From: an uncultured cyanobacterium | GTDB taxonomy: Bacteria > Cyanobacteriota > Cyanobacteriia > Cyanobacteriales > Nostocaceae | DNA: 64,000 nucleotides | Direction of reading: 5' to 3' | Assembly (NCBI GenBank): GCA_963706595.1 | Contig: OY970166.1 | Coordinates: 5,472,001-5,536,000, forward strand | Shown here: piece by piece, positions 54,786 to 64,000 of the stretch | Position numbering within the stretch: the stretch's first letter is position 1 | How the letters are laid out: each line of letters opens with the position of its first letter | Notes under the pieces: generated by a model | Told to the model about the DNA's origin: nothing | Databases searched by the model: none | What the model saw: only the letters and a program-made list of their open reading frames with translations | Made by a program: the position numbers and the translations under genes

Positions 54786-54830
54786 AAAAATAAAAAGCTA
54801 GAGCATAATTGTGAAATTACTACTCTAGCT
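54786..54830 (-). terminator. Intrinsic terminator of nifH
   Basis: Minus strand AGCTAGAG-TAGTAAT...ATTATG-CTCTAGCT followed by TTTTATTTTT. Confidence 0.8.
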
Positions 54831-54883
54831 AAGGATATTTTTTAAAAGTTAAGAATGTGGTGGGTGCTACCCATCCTCAATAA

Positions 54884-55792
<909 letters not shown>

Positions 55793-56874
55793 CTACAATT
55801 ATTTTGTTGATTGGTCTGAACGTTTCTATCACTCTTTCAGGCTTGGTTAGGTATAGTTAAACCACCACGAGCCTGACATTTGCAGCGAATTCTGCCACGT
55901 TTTCCAGTTGAGAAGCTGACACCTGGAGGTCAGTTCTCATCCATATATCACCTCTGCCAAAAAGTTGCGTTGATGCAGAGTAAATTTTTTAGGAAATTGC
56001 TCAAGTGATATTGCAAGTGTTACCAGATGCACCGATGACGCAGCTTTCAAAAGCTTAAATCAAGCATTATTAGTTGTTGTAGTATCCCCATCGGTTGCTC
56101 AGACCTTAAGAGTAGTTGCAGCAGGAATTTAACTTTATGTAGAGTGCATCCCTGAACTACATAACCAACCAACCAACATTGCAATTTACTCTTAATGGTG
56201 ACTACAATTTTCCTGATTTTGCTGATGTTATGAACGCCAAGAACTTCTAATTCATTGAATTAGCCATATCATGAGTAATACAAGGAGATAAATCCTCGCC
56301 TAAAAGTGGCACTCTTGCGTCGGCAATTTCTTGGTGATGTTTGACAATATGGTTAAATTCCTGGATATGTGGAACAGTATCAGCTCGGCTTGAACTTGAT
56401 GTTCCAACAGATAAGAATGCTATAACTTAGTTCGCGGTTAAGAATATTTTTCGCCGCTTGTGCTAAGTCAATAACCGTTCTAATTTCTATTGAATTGTTA
56501 AGTTTTACTAAAAGTCTTTCTTCCTAGACTCTAAGTTTAATTGCATCTGGAGGGTAATCCCAACTAGGTTAGCCAAATCTTACTAGCCTATACCAAGGCA
56601 GTTTTGATTGACTTCAAGTTGTTACGAAAGTTACTATCCTACCTAGCCTGAGTTTACCTATTCGTTACAAAAAGCGGTAACGAATCGAAGTGAATTTACC
56701 AGAGCAAAAAAACTTTATTGAGCTTGTCTCAATTATGTGAATTTTTCTACTGCTTTTACTTTTCTGATTCCTATACGAAGCATAACATATAAATTTCTAA
56801 TCTATTTATGGAATGCAAATTCATTTTTTTCATTTAAGCAAAGTGGATATTGTTATTAGTATCGTAAATAGCAA

Positions 56875-56980
56875 TATAGCGGTTATCAGTTAAGTGAGAT
56901 ATAAGAACCCCACCCCCAACCCCCTCCTCGCTTGCGGGGAGGGGGCTATGATGTATTTCATTGAAGTGCATACCGCTATA
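56875..56980. mobile_element. MITE (TATAGC...GCTATA family)
   Basis: TATAGCGGT...ACCGCTATA ends; GC hairpin CCCCCTCCTCGCTTGCGGGGAGGGGG. Confidence 0.75.
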
Positions 56981-57212
56981 GTTATAGTGAAGAGCGATCG
57001 CTCTGATTTTCGCAGGGCTTTGACTGGGATTTCTGACAAAGAAATCAAAAAAAGGGTCAAAAACTGCGAAAATGTATATAGAAAAAGCATTTAATCTCGC
57101 CTCGCCAATAGTGAAGAGCGATTTTTTTATATGATGATTTTTTTCTCTTGTGAGAAATCCGGGTTACTCATATCATAAGTTTAAGTATAAATCTATAGCT
57201 TAAGCTTGTGTA

Positions 57213-57983
57213 ATGAAAAGCCCAATTTTAGCCACAGCCGTATTTTTAACTACCATTAGTCTGACCACAACTGCCCAAGCAGCCAACTTTGAACACGTCA
57301 GACAGTTATTAGCCACCAAACAATGTCAAAACTGTGATCTAAGTAATGCCGGTTTAGTCATGGCTGACTTATCTGGAGCGGATTTAAGCGGTGCTAATCT
57401 CACAAATGCTAACCTCAGCCGTGCCAATTTAAGCGGCGCTGATCTACGAGGCGCAAACTTAAGCGGTGCTGGTTTATTTGGTGTTAACCTCAGCCAAGCG
57501 AAACTCAGTGGCGCGAACCTAATCGGTGCTGATTTGAGAAACACCTTTTTAGCCAATACAGAATTTAATGGTGCTTCCCTTGATGGTGTTAACTTTCAAG
57601 GCGCAGTTGGTATACCCATGCAAATTGCTACACCAGAAGAATTTTATGCTTTAGGGGTTGCAGAAGCACAAAAAGGTAATCAAAAGCAAGCAATTAATTA
57701 TTTTGATCAAGCGATCGCATCTCAGCCAGAATACGCAGGTGCTTACTTAGCCCGTGGTGTTGCTCGTTACCAAATATTTGACCGAGCAGGCGCATTCCAA
57801 GATGCTCAAACTGCCGAAAAAATGTTTAAAGCCCAAGAAAACGAGGTAGGAATTCAAACCGCAGAAGCTTTTATGAAAGAACTACAAACACCCTTCTCTG
57901 AGAAAGTGACTACTGGTAAACCCAGCTTTTTCGACTTTGTAGGCAGTCTTGGCTCAGTTTTACTCCAGTTTTTACCATTTTAA
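57213..57983 (+). CDS. Exported pentapeptide-repeat/TPR protein
   Basis: Signal peptide ending AQA, CQNC, A(D/N)LSG repeats, TPR-like AINYFDQAI...AYLARG. Confidence 0.9.
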   Translation: MKSPILATAVFLTTISLTTTAQAANFEHVRQLLATKQCQNCDLSNAGLVMADLSGADLSGANLTNANLSRANLSGADLRGANLSGAGLFGVNLSQAKLSGANLIGADLRNTFLANTEFNGASLDGVNFQGAVGIPMQIATPEEFYALGVAEAQKGNQKQAINYFDQAIASQPEYAGAYLARGVARYQIFDRAGAFQDAQTAEKMFKAQENEVGIQTAEAFMKELQTPFSEKVTTGKPSFFDFVGSLGSVLLQFLPF

Positions 57984-57986
57984 GGA

Positions 57987-58086
57987 GGGAGTGGGGAGTG
58001 GGGAGTGGGGAGTGGGGAGTAGGGAGTAGGGAGTAGGGGGGAGAAGATGGTAACTTCCCAATGACAAATGACAAATGACCAATGAC
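57987..58086. repeat. STRR arrays (GGGAGTG/A)n and (CAAATGA)n
   Basis: Direct reading; the last aatgac unit contains the tenA ATG. Confidence 0.9.
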
Positions 58087-58705
58087 TCTATCTACTGAAT
58101 TATGGGCAGCAAATCAAGATTTAGCACAAGCTTGTCTAGAGCATCCTTTTGTCAAAGGCATAGCCGATGGTACTCTAGAACCAGCTAAATTTGCCAATTA
58201 TATCGGGCAAGATGCTTTTTTCTTAGAAGCCTTTGCTCGTGCATATAGTATAGCCGCAGCGAAAGCCCCAGATTGGCAAGGTTTTACGACATTTCACGCC
58301 TTAGCAGATGGCGTGTTAACAGAACTAAAGCTACATCAAAACTATGCTACCCAGTGGGGCGTTGATTTGCGTACTGTAGAACCTGGAACTGCTACCCGTC
58401 GCTATACTGACTTTTTATTAGCTACCGCCTGGAGTAATGATGTAGGTATCACGGCTGCGGCCATGTCCCCCTGTATGCGTCTTTACGCTTTTTTGGGACA
58501 ACAGTTAGCCCGTGATGGTATTCCTGAACATAAGTATGCCGATTGGATTAAGGCTTACAGTGGTGCAGATTTTCAACCCCTGACACAACAATTAGAAACT
58601 TTGGTAGAACATTATGCTACTGCTGCTAGTCCCTTAATTCACTCAACTTACCGTTATGCCATGTTTTGTGAACTAGACTTTTTTCAAGCTGTTTGGGCAA
58701 AATAA
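58082..58705 (+). CDS. tenA: TenA/thiaminase II family protein
   Basis: HPFV, YIGQDAFFL, AMSPCMRLY (catalytic Cys), YADWI, ELDFF. Confidence 0.88.
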   Translation: MTLSTELWAANQDLAQACLEHPFVKGIADGTLEPAKFANYIGQDAFFLEAFARAYSIAAAKAPDWQGFTTFHALADGVLTELKLHQNYATQWGVDLRTVEPGTATRRYTDFLLATAWSNDVGITAAAMSPCMRLYAFLGQQLARDGIPEHKYADWIKAYSGADFQPLTQQLETLVEHYATAASPLIHSTYRYAMFCELDFFQAVWAK

Positions 58706-58797
58706 CTGTTGACCCAGGCTGAATTATGCTATCTATACATGGGAAAATCAGGTAATACAATCGCAATCCCAGCGATGATGGCACAGAAGGAAAAAAG

Positions 58798-60489
58798 ATG
58801 TCGGAAAATTTAAGAAGCCAAGTTGTAACCCAAGGAGTGCAGCGATCGCCTAATCGAGCTATGCTGCGTGCAGTGGGTTTTCAGGACGAAGATTTTAATA
58901 AAGCCATTGTCGGCATTGCTAATGGCTACAGTACAATCACTCCCTGCAATATGGGAATTAATAAACTAGCACTAAGAGCCGAAATTGGTGTCAGAGAAGC
59001 TGGGGCAATGCCGCAGATGTTCGGTACTATCACCATTAGTGATGGGATTTCTATGGGAACCGAGGGAATGAAATATTCCCTAGTATCACGAGAAGTTATC
59101 GCTGATTCCATTGAAACCGCCTGTACTGGGCAAAGTATGGATGGGGTTTTGGCTATTGGTGGCTGTGATAAAAATATGCCTGGGGCAATGCTAGCGATGG
59201 CGCGCATGAATATTCCTGCTATTTTTGTTTACGGTGGCACAATTAAACCCGGTCACTACGATGGTAAAGATTTAACCGTTGTCAGTTCCTTTGAAGCCGT
59301 TGGTCAATACAGCGCCGGTAAAATTGATGGTGATGAACTCTTAGCAGTGGAACGTGAAGCTTGTCCTGGTGCTGGTTCCTGCGGTGGGATGTTTACAGCA
59401 AATACCATGTCTTCTGCTTTTGAAGCAATGGGTATGAGCTTACCTTATTCTTCCACAATGGCAGCCGAAGATGCTGAAAAAGCCGACAGTACGGAAAAAT
59501 CAGCCATTGCTTTAGTCGAAGCCATTCGCAAGCAAATCTTACCTCGCCAGATTATCACCCGTAAATCTATAGAAAATGCCATTTCAGTAATTATGGCAGT
59601 GGGTGGTTCCACAAATGCAGTATTGCACTTTTTGGCGATCGCTCGTGCAGCTGGAGTAGAACTCATACTAGATGACTTTGAAACCATTCGTGGACGTGTC
59701 CCAGTTATCTGTGATTTAAAACCCAGTGGTAGATATGTCGCCACAGACCTGCACAAAGCCGGTGGAATTCCCCAAGTCATGAAAATGTTACTTGTGCATG
59801 ATTTACTCCACGGCGACTGCTTAACTATTAGTGGTCAAACAGTAGCAGAAGTCTTGGCAGATATCCCCGCAGAACCACGCACCGACCAAGATGTGATTCG
59901 TCCTTGGAATAACCCGATGTATGCACAAGGACACTTAGCCATCCTCAAAGGCAATTTAGCCACAGAAGGGGCTGTAGCCAAAATCACCGGAGTTAAAAAG
60001 CCGATTATTACTGGACCTGCACGGGTATTTGAGTCTGAAGAATCCTGTTTAGATGCAATTTTGGCAGGTAAGATTCAAGCCGGTGATGTTCTGGTTATTC
60101 GTTACGAAGGACCCAAAGGTGGTCCGGGAATGCGAGAAATGTTAGCTCCCACCTCAGCAATTATTGGGGCTGGGTTAGGCGATGCCGTAGGTTTAATTAC
60201 TGATGGGCGCTTTTCCGGTGGTACTTACGGCATGGTAGTTGGTCACGTAGCCCCAGAAGCAGCCGTTGGTGGTGCGATCGCCCTTGTCGAAGAAGGTGAT
60301 AGCATTACCATTGATGCCACTAATCGCCTATTGCAATTAAACCTACCAGATGAAGAAATAGCCCGCAGACGTGCCAATTGGCAACCCCTACCACCCCGTT
60401 ATACCAAAGGCGTACTTGCTAAATATGCCAAATTAGTATCTTCGAGCAGTGTTGGTGCAGTCACAGATTTAGACTTATTTAATGGTTAG
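58798..60489 (+). CDS. ilvD: Dihydroxy-acid dehydratase
   Basis: [53 protein letters not shown]. Confidence 0.97.
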   Translation: MSENLRSQVVTQGVQRSPNRAMLRAVGFQDEDFNKAIVGIANGYSTITPCNMGINKLALRAEIGVREAGAMPQMFGTITISDGISMGTEGMKYSLVSREVIADSIETACTGQSMDGVLAIGGCDKNMPGAMLAMARMNIPAIFVYGGTIKPGHYDGKDLTVVSSFEAVGQYSAGKIDGDELLAVEREACPGAGSCGGMFTANTMSSAFEAMGMSLPYSSTMAAEDAEKADSTEKSAIALVEAIRKQILPRQIITRKSIENAISVIMAVGGSTNAVLHFLAIARAAGVELILDDFETIRGRVPVICDLKPSGRYVATDLHKAGGIPQVMKMLLVHDLLHGDCLTISGQTVAEVLADIPAEPRTDQDVIRPWNNPMYAQGHLAILKGNLATEGAVAKITGVKKPIITGPARVFESEESCLDAILAGKIQAGDVLVIRYEGPKGGPGMREMLAPTSAIIGAGLGDAVGLITDGRFSGGTYGMVVGHVAPEAAVGGAIALVEEGDSITIDATNRLLQLNLPDEEIARRRANWQPLPPRYTKGVLAKYAKLVSSSSVGAVTDLDLFNG

Positions 60490-61477
60490 CCATTAGTTAT
60501 TCATAGATGAGCGGTATCTTTATAGACTCCGACTCATCTCATAAATCCATGCCCACATACAGCACTTTCCCAGTAAACGCGATATTCATCCATGAAAAAT
60601 ACTCAACATCCACCCGGCAGTTTTGGCTTACCTATAATAGGTGAGACATTTGCCTTTGTGCGTGACTCCTATAATTTTGTCAAAACCCGCTATCACCAGC
60701 ATGGGACTGTATTTAAAACTAATATTTTAGGTAGACCAACTGTAGTCATGGTAGGACCAGAAGCAATTGAGTTCTTACTGTCCAGCCATATAGAATATTT
60801 TTCTTGGCGTGAGGGATGGCCTGAGAATTTCAAAACCTTATTAGGTAAATCACTTTTCATCCAAGATGGAGAAGAACACCGCAGAAATCGCCGCCTGATC
60901 ATGCCAGCCCTACATGGTCCCGCCCTGGCTGATTATGTAGCCACCATGAAAGAAATAACAGATAATTATCTGCAACAATGGCAAAATAAACAAGAATTTA
61001 CTTGGTTTGAAGAATTTAAAAAACTCACATTTGATATTGCTAGTCAACTGTTATTAGGTACTAATTCTGTTGCCGACAATAGTCGCTTGAGTCAGTTATT
61101 TACACAACTGACAAATGGTTTATTTGCCATTAACCCGCTAGTATTACCATTTACTACACTGGGAAAAGCGATAGCAGCGCGGAATCAAATTTTAGAACAT
61201 TTAGCGGCAGTTGTTAAAGAACGCCAGGAACATCCTAGCAAAGACGCTATTAGTTTGTTAGTTCAAGCCAAAGATGAAGATGGTAATAGTTTAAGCCAAA
61301 CAGAACTGATGGCACAAGCGGTGCTGTTACTCTTTGCCGGACATGAAACCACAACCTCAATGCTAACTTGGTTATGTGTAGAATTAGCCCGACATCCAGA
61401 AATATTGCAACGCGCGCGCGAAGAACAATTACAACTTTTGACATACTCCCCAGCCTGAAGGCATGGGGATTCTAGGC

Positions 61478-62602
61478 TCAAACAGCAATTGCTGGCGTAG
61501 CCAGTCTGACATCACCTAACCCAACAGTCGATGCCCCGACTGCACAAATTACTCTGGATGCGTTCTCGTCTCTCCCGTTCACTGACGAACAGGAAGGACA
61601 GCGCCATTCCCTAACAGACAAATCTAAACTTTCTAAAACGTGTCCACAACTAGAACAAGTCTTACTACTGGGATACCATCGGTCGATGAACACAAGCAGT
61701 TTATTTTTCTTTTTGGCAACCCATTCGAGGATTTGTATAAACTCACCAAAAGCTAAATCTGATATTTTCCTACCCCAAAGACGTTGCATCCCCTTCAGGT
61801 TTAAAGTCTCAAAGCAGAGAATATCGAACTTGTTGGTTAATTGATGTGCCAACTTCCAAAACCAGTCACGTCTACGATGAGAAATATCCTCATATTTGCG
61901 TACTAAGTTTTTCCTTGCCCGTTCTCTGTTAGATGAACCCTTTAATTTTTGAGAGTGATGTTTACTCGCTTTTTTGATGGCATTAAGTGATTGCTGAAAA
62001 AATTGGGGAGACTCGATTTTAGTACCATCTGAGCAAGTGAGGAATGTTTTTAGCCCGAAGTCGAAACCAGCGATTTTACCTGTCTTAATTTCCACTTCAG
62101 GCTTACTACCTTCATCAACAACCACAACCATGAATAATTCACCCAACGGTGTACGCTTTATGGTTAGAGTTTTGACTGTTCCCTCAATCTCTCTAGATTT
62201 CCAAAATTGATAAATCTTACTTGCAATCTTGACTCGGTTGCCACCTATAAACTTATAACCTGCTTGCTTGAGAGTGAATGATTTGTACTTCTTAACTTTC
62301 TTAAATCCTGGTGGTCTAACTCCCTTTTTATTATGTTTGAAAAACAATTGGTAGGCTTTATCAATGCGTTGGCAAATATCCTGCACTGCTTGAGAACCTA
62401 CCGATTGCCAAAATGGATTACGCTTTCTTAGTTTGGCAATGTGAGCCTGAAGTTTTGCACAATTTAAATGTTTGCTCCACATCCGGTAGTACCGCTTATG
62501 GAGAGCAATGCAATGGTTATAAATCACCCCAGCAGCGTTAACTGTACGCTTGAGATGCCTATTCCGTTTGTGTTGGTAGAGTTTAAACTTCAGGGTTTTC
62601 AT
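61478..62602 (-). CDS. tnpB: RNA-guided endonuclease TnpB
   Basis: RuvC residues GFDFG, FETLN, RDENAS and Zn finger CSSC/CPSC all intact; ATG 62602 (or 62611) preferred. Confidence 0.95.
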   Translation of the reverse strand: MKTLKFKLYQHKRNRHLKRTVNAAGVIYNHCIALHKRYYRMWSKHLNCAKLQAHIAKLRKRNPFWQSVGSQAVQDICQRIDKAYQLFFKHNKKGVRPPGFKKVKKYKSFTLKQAGYKFIGGNRVKIASKIYQFWKSREIEGTVKTLTIKRTPLGELFMVVVVDEGSKPEVEIKTGKIAGFDFGLKTFLTCSDGTKIESPQFFQQSLNAIKKASKHHSQKLKGSSNRERARKNLVRKYEDISHRRRDWFWKLAHQLTNKFDILCFETLNLKGMQRLWGRKISDLAFGEFIQILEWVAKKKNKLLVFIDRWYPSSKTCSSCGHVLESLDLSVREWRCPSCSSVNGRDENASRVICAVGASTVGLGDVRLATPAIAV

Positions 62603-62644
62603 ATCACTCATGATACCATTAATGGGTAGCCATTGGATAACGAA

Positions 62645-62782
62645 ATGAAAGAGAGGTTGAGTGTGCGGGTTGACCCTCAAAGGCTTGAGAAATTAAGAAG
62701 AATTGCCAAGCAGAAACGAAAAACTATGACTCAAATGATTGAAGACTGGATTGATAGGTTGCACGAAGAAAAGCCGTCCTAG
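62645..62782 (+). CDS. Small ribbon-helix-helix (CopG-like) protein inside the IS
   Basis: Manual translation MKERLSVRVDPQRLEKLRRIAKQKRKTMTQMIEDWIDRLHEEKPS (45 aa): alternating beta strand then two helices; below the ORF-track cutoff. Confidence 0.75.
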   Translation: MKERLSVRVDPQRLEKLRRIAKQKRKTMTQMIEDWIDRLHEEKPS

Positions 62783-63290
62783 AAGGACAGGGCTTTAGAC
62801 CCGGATTTTTGGTAAATCAAGGTGATTTGGATTTAGAACAATTGGGAAAAATGCCTTATTTAGAGCAGATTTTATCAGAAGTTGAAAGACTTCATCCCCC
62901 AGTTGGCGGTGGATTTCGTGGTGTTGTCAAAGATTTTGAATTTAATGGGTTTCATATTCCCGCAGGTTGGCAAGTGCTGTATTCCATAGGTATGACTCAC
63001 CGTCTAGAGAAAATTTATTCCCACCCAGAGATTTTTGACCCAGACCGTTTCAGTCCTCAACGTCAAGAACACAAAAAATATCCTTATAGTTTAATTGGTT
63101 TTGGCGGTGGTCCAAGGGTTTGTATTGGCATCGCCTTTGCCAAAATGGAAATGAAAATAGTTGCTGCTCATCTTCTCCGCAGCTATCATTGGGAAATACT
63201 GCCTCATCAAAGTTTAGATCCAGTGATGATTCCCAGCAATCATCCGAAAGATGGGTTCAGAGTTCGCTTCGGTCAGTGGTAAGATATGCT

Positions 63291-64000
63291 ATGGCTTCTC
63301 AAATAGACATAAATTTGTCCGAAGAAGTTTTACAACGCTGGCAAACAGCGAAAAGTGCTGTAAACCAAAGCGTTAACTCCATAAATAATTCAGCACAGCA
63401 GTTTAGCCAGTCTTTTAAGGAAACAGCAAATACAACAACTGATCAAGCCCTTGATACAGTTACAACTACTTTTGAAAAAGCTAAAGATTCCATAGAACAA
63501 ACTTGGCAAACTGCGGAACAGATAAAAAGCACAACTTCATTAGCACTGCAAACTGCTGTTACTTCCTCTGTTAATGATTGGCTGCATCAACACCCGGCAT
63601 TTTTGCAATTATTTCATATCCTTAATTGGGCAGTTAATCACCCAATTATCAGTTTCATAATTCTGCTTTTAGTAATTGCTCTGATTTTGAGTATGATCAA
63701 AGCAATTATTCGCCTGATTCAAACAGCTAGTTGGTCAATACTGCAAATTCCACTCAAATTAATTTGGGCTTTTCTTCAAGTTAGCTTTGTATCTTTAACT
63801 AAATTTAGAGCTTTTAATATTCAACTAGTAAGAGATCATAAAACAACTAACAAAGTAGTAGATTTTTCAGCAGACCCTCAAAGCATTTATCAAGACAAAT
63901 ACCAGCGATTATCCGAAATTTCTAGCCGATTAGCAGAAATTCAACAAGAACAACAAGAACTTTTACAAGAAGCCGCAGATTTAATTGCTACAGAAAAAAT
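63291..64000 (+). CDS. Hypothetical membrane protein (3' end runs off the window)
   Basis: Open frame MASQIDINLSEEVLQRW... with hydrophobic segment HPIISFIILLLVIALIL and coiled-coil-like tail; no stop before the window end. Confidence 0.75.
   Translation, partial: MASQIDINLSEEVLQRWQTAKSAVNQSVNSINNSAQQFSQSFKETANTTTDQALDTVTTTFEKAKDSIEQTWQTAEQIKSTTSLALQTAVTSSVNDWLHQHPAFLQLFHILNWAVNHPIISFIILLLVIALILSMIKAIIRLIQTASWSILQIPLKLIWAFLQVSFVSLTKFRAFNIQLVRDHKTTNKVVDFSADPQSIYQDKYQRLSEISSRLAEIQQEQQELLQEAADLIATEK

Larger units (their letters stand above)
61438..62811 (-). mobile_element. IS200/IS605-family element (tnpB, no tnpA), 1374 bp
   Basis: Minus-strand left end CAAAAATCCGGGTCTAAAGCCC with hairpin 62770-62796, preceded by target TTTAC; right end hairpin 61446-61471 ending TCAA; no target duplication. 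Confidence 0.88.
60592..63282 (+). pseudogene. Cytochrome P450 (CYP120-like) interrupted by an IS; segments 60592-61437 and 62812-63282
   Basis: AGHETT I-helix in the 5' part; EVER, FDPDRF and FGGGPRVCIG in the 3' part. Joining gives EEQLQL|VNQGDL in frame, 438 aa. Confidence 0.9.

Noticed and set aside
56890..57094. Overlapping 66-aa ORFs on both strands
   Set aside because: Largely read from a MITE; no protein-like features.
57987..58086. Repeat arrays as CRISPR
   Set aside because: Contiguous 7-nt units with no unique spacers; no cas genes or repeat-spacer array seen anywhere in the window.
61438..62811. IStron (self-splicing IS)
   Set aside because: No room for a group I intron core, and tnpB is antisense to the host gene.

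Overview
64-kb chromosomal window from a heterocyst-forming cyanobacterium (Nostocales), judged from the 16S/23S rRNA, frequent HIP1 (GCGATCGC) sites, STRR heptamer repeats and nifH. In order: an oxidative-stress locus (gor, type II peroxiredoxin, PerR-like regulator); a DXCF cyanobacteriochrome kinase / Rcp1 / hybrid-kinase operon; acyltransferase, rppA-like regulator, hisG and cobJ. Next is a ~14-kb, 10-gene co-oriented redox/carbohydrate cluster: GMC oxidoreductase with a 1-nt frameshift, ferritin-like diiron protein, dehydrogenase small-subunit-like protein, pentapeptide protein, signal-peptide-bearing IolE-like dehydratase, NTF2/SnoaL-like protein, ketose-epimerase-like TIM barrel, secreted copper radical oxidase, AnaPX-like DyP peroxidase and GH63. 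This cluster is my best candidate for an undescribed system. Then follow an AT-rich orphan 2H phosphoesterase, a tRNA-less rRNA operon, and a siderophore-uptake cassette bracketed by duplicated ABC genes. The last third holds a Type IIG/ISP-like restriction-modification gene split by a hicB-like gene, a solitary nifH with its own terminator and long upstream region, tenA, ilvD, and a cytochrome P450 interrupted by a TnpB-encoding IS200/IS605 element that carries a small RHH gene instead of tnpA. Many MITEs and small repeats are present, several inserted in-frame in proteins. All calls come from reading motifs by eye; no database searches were run.
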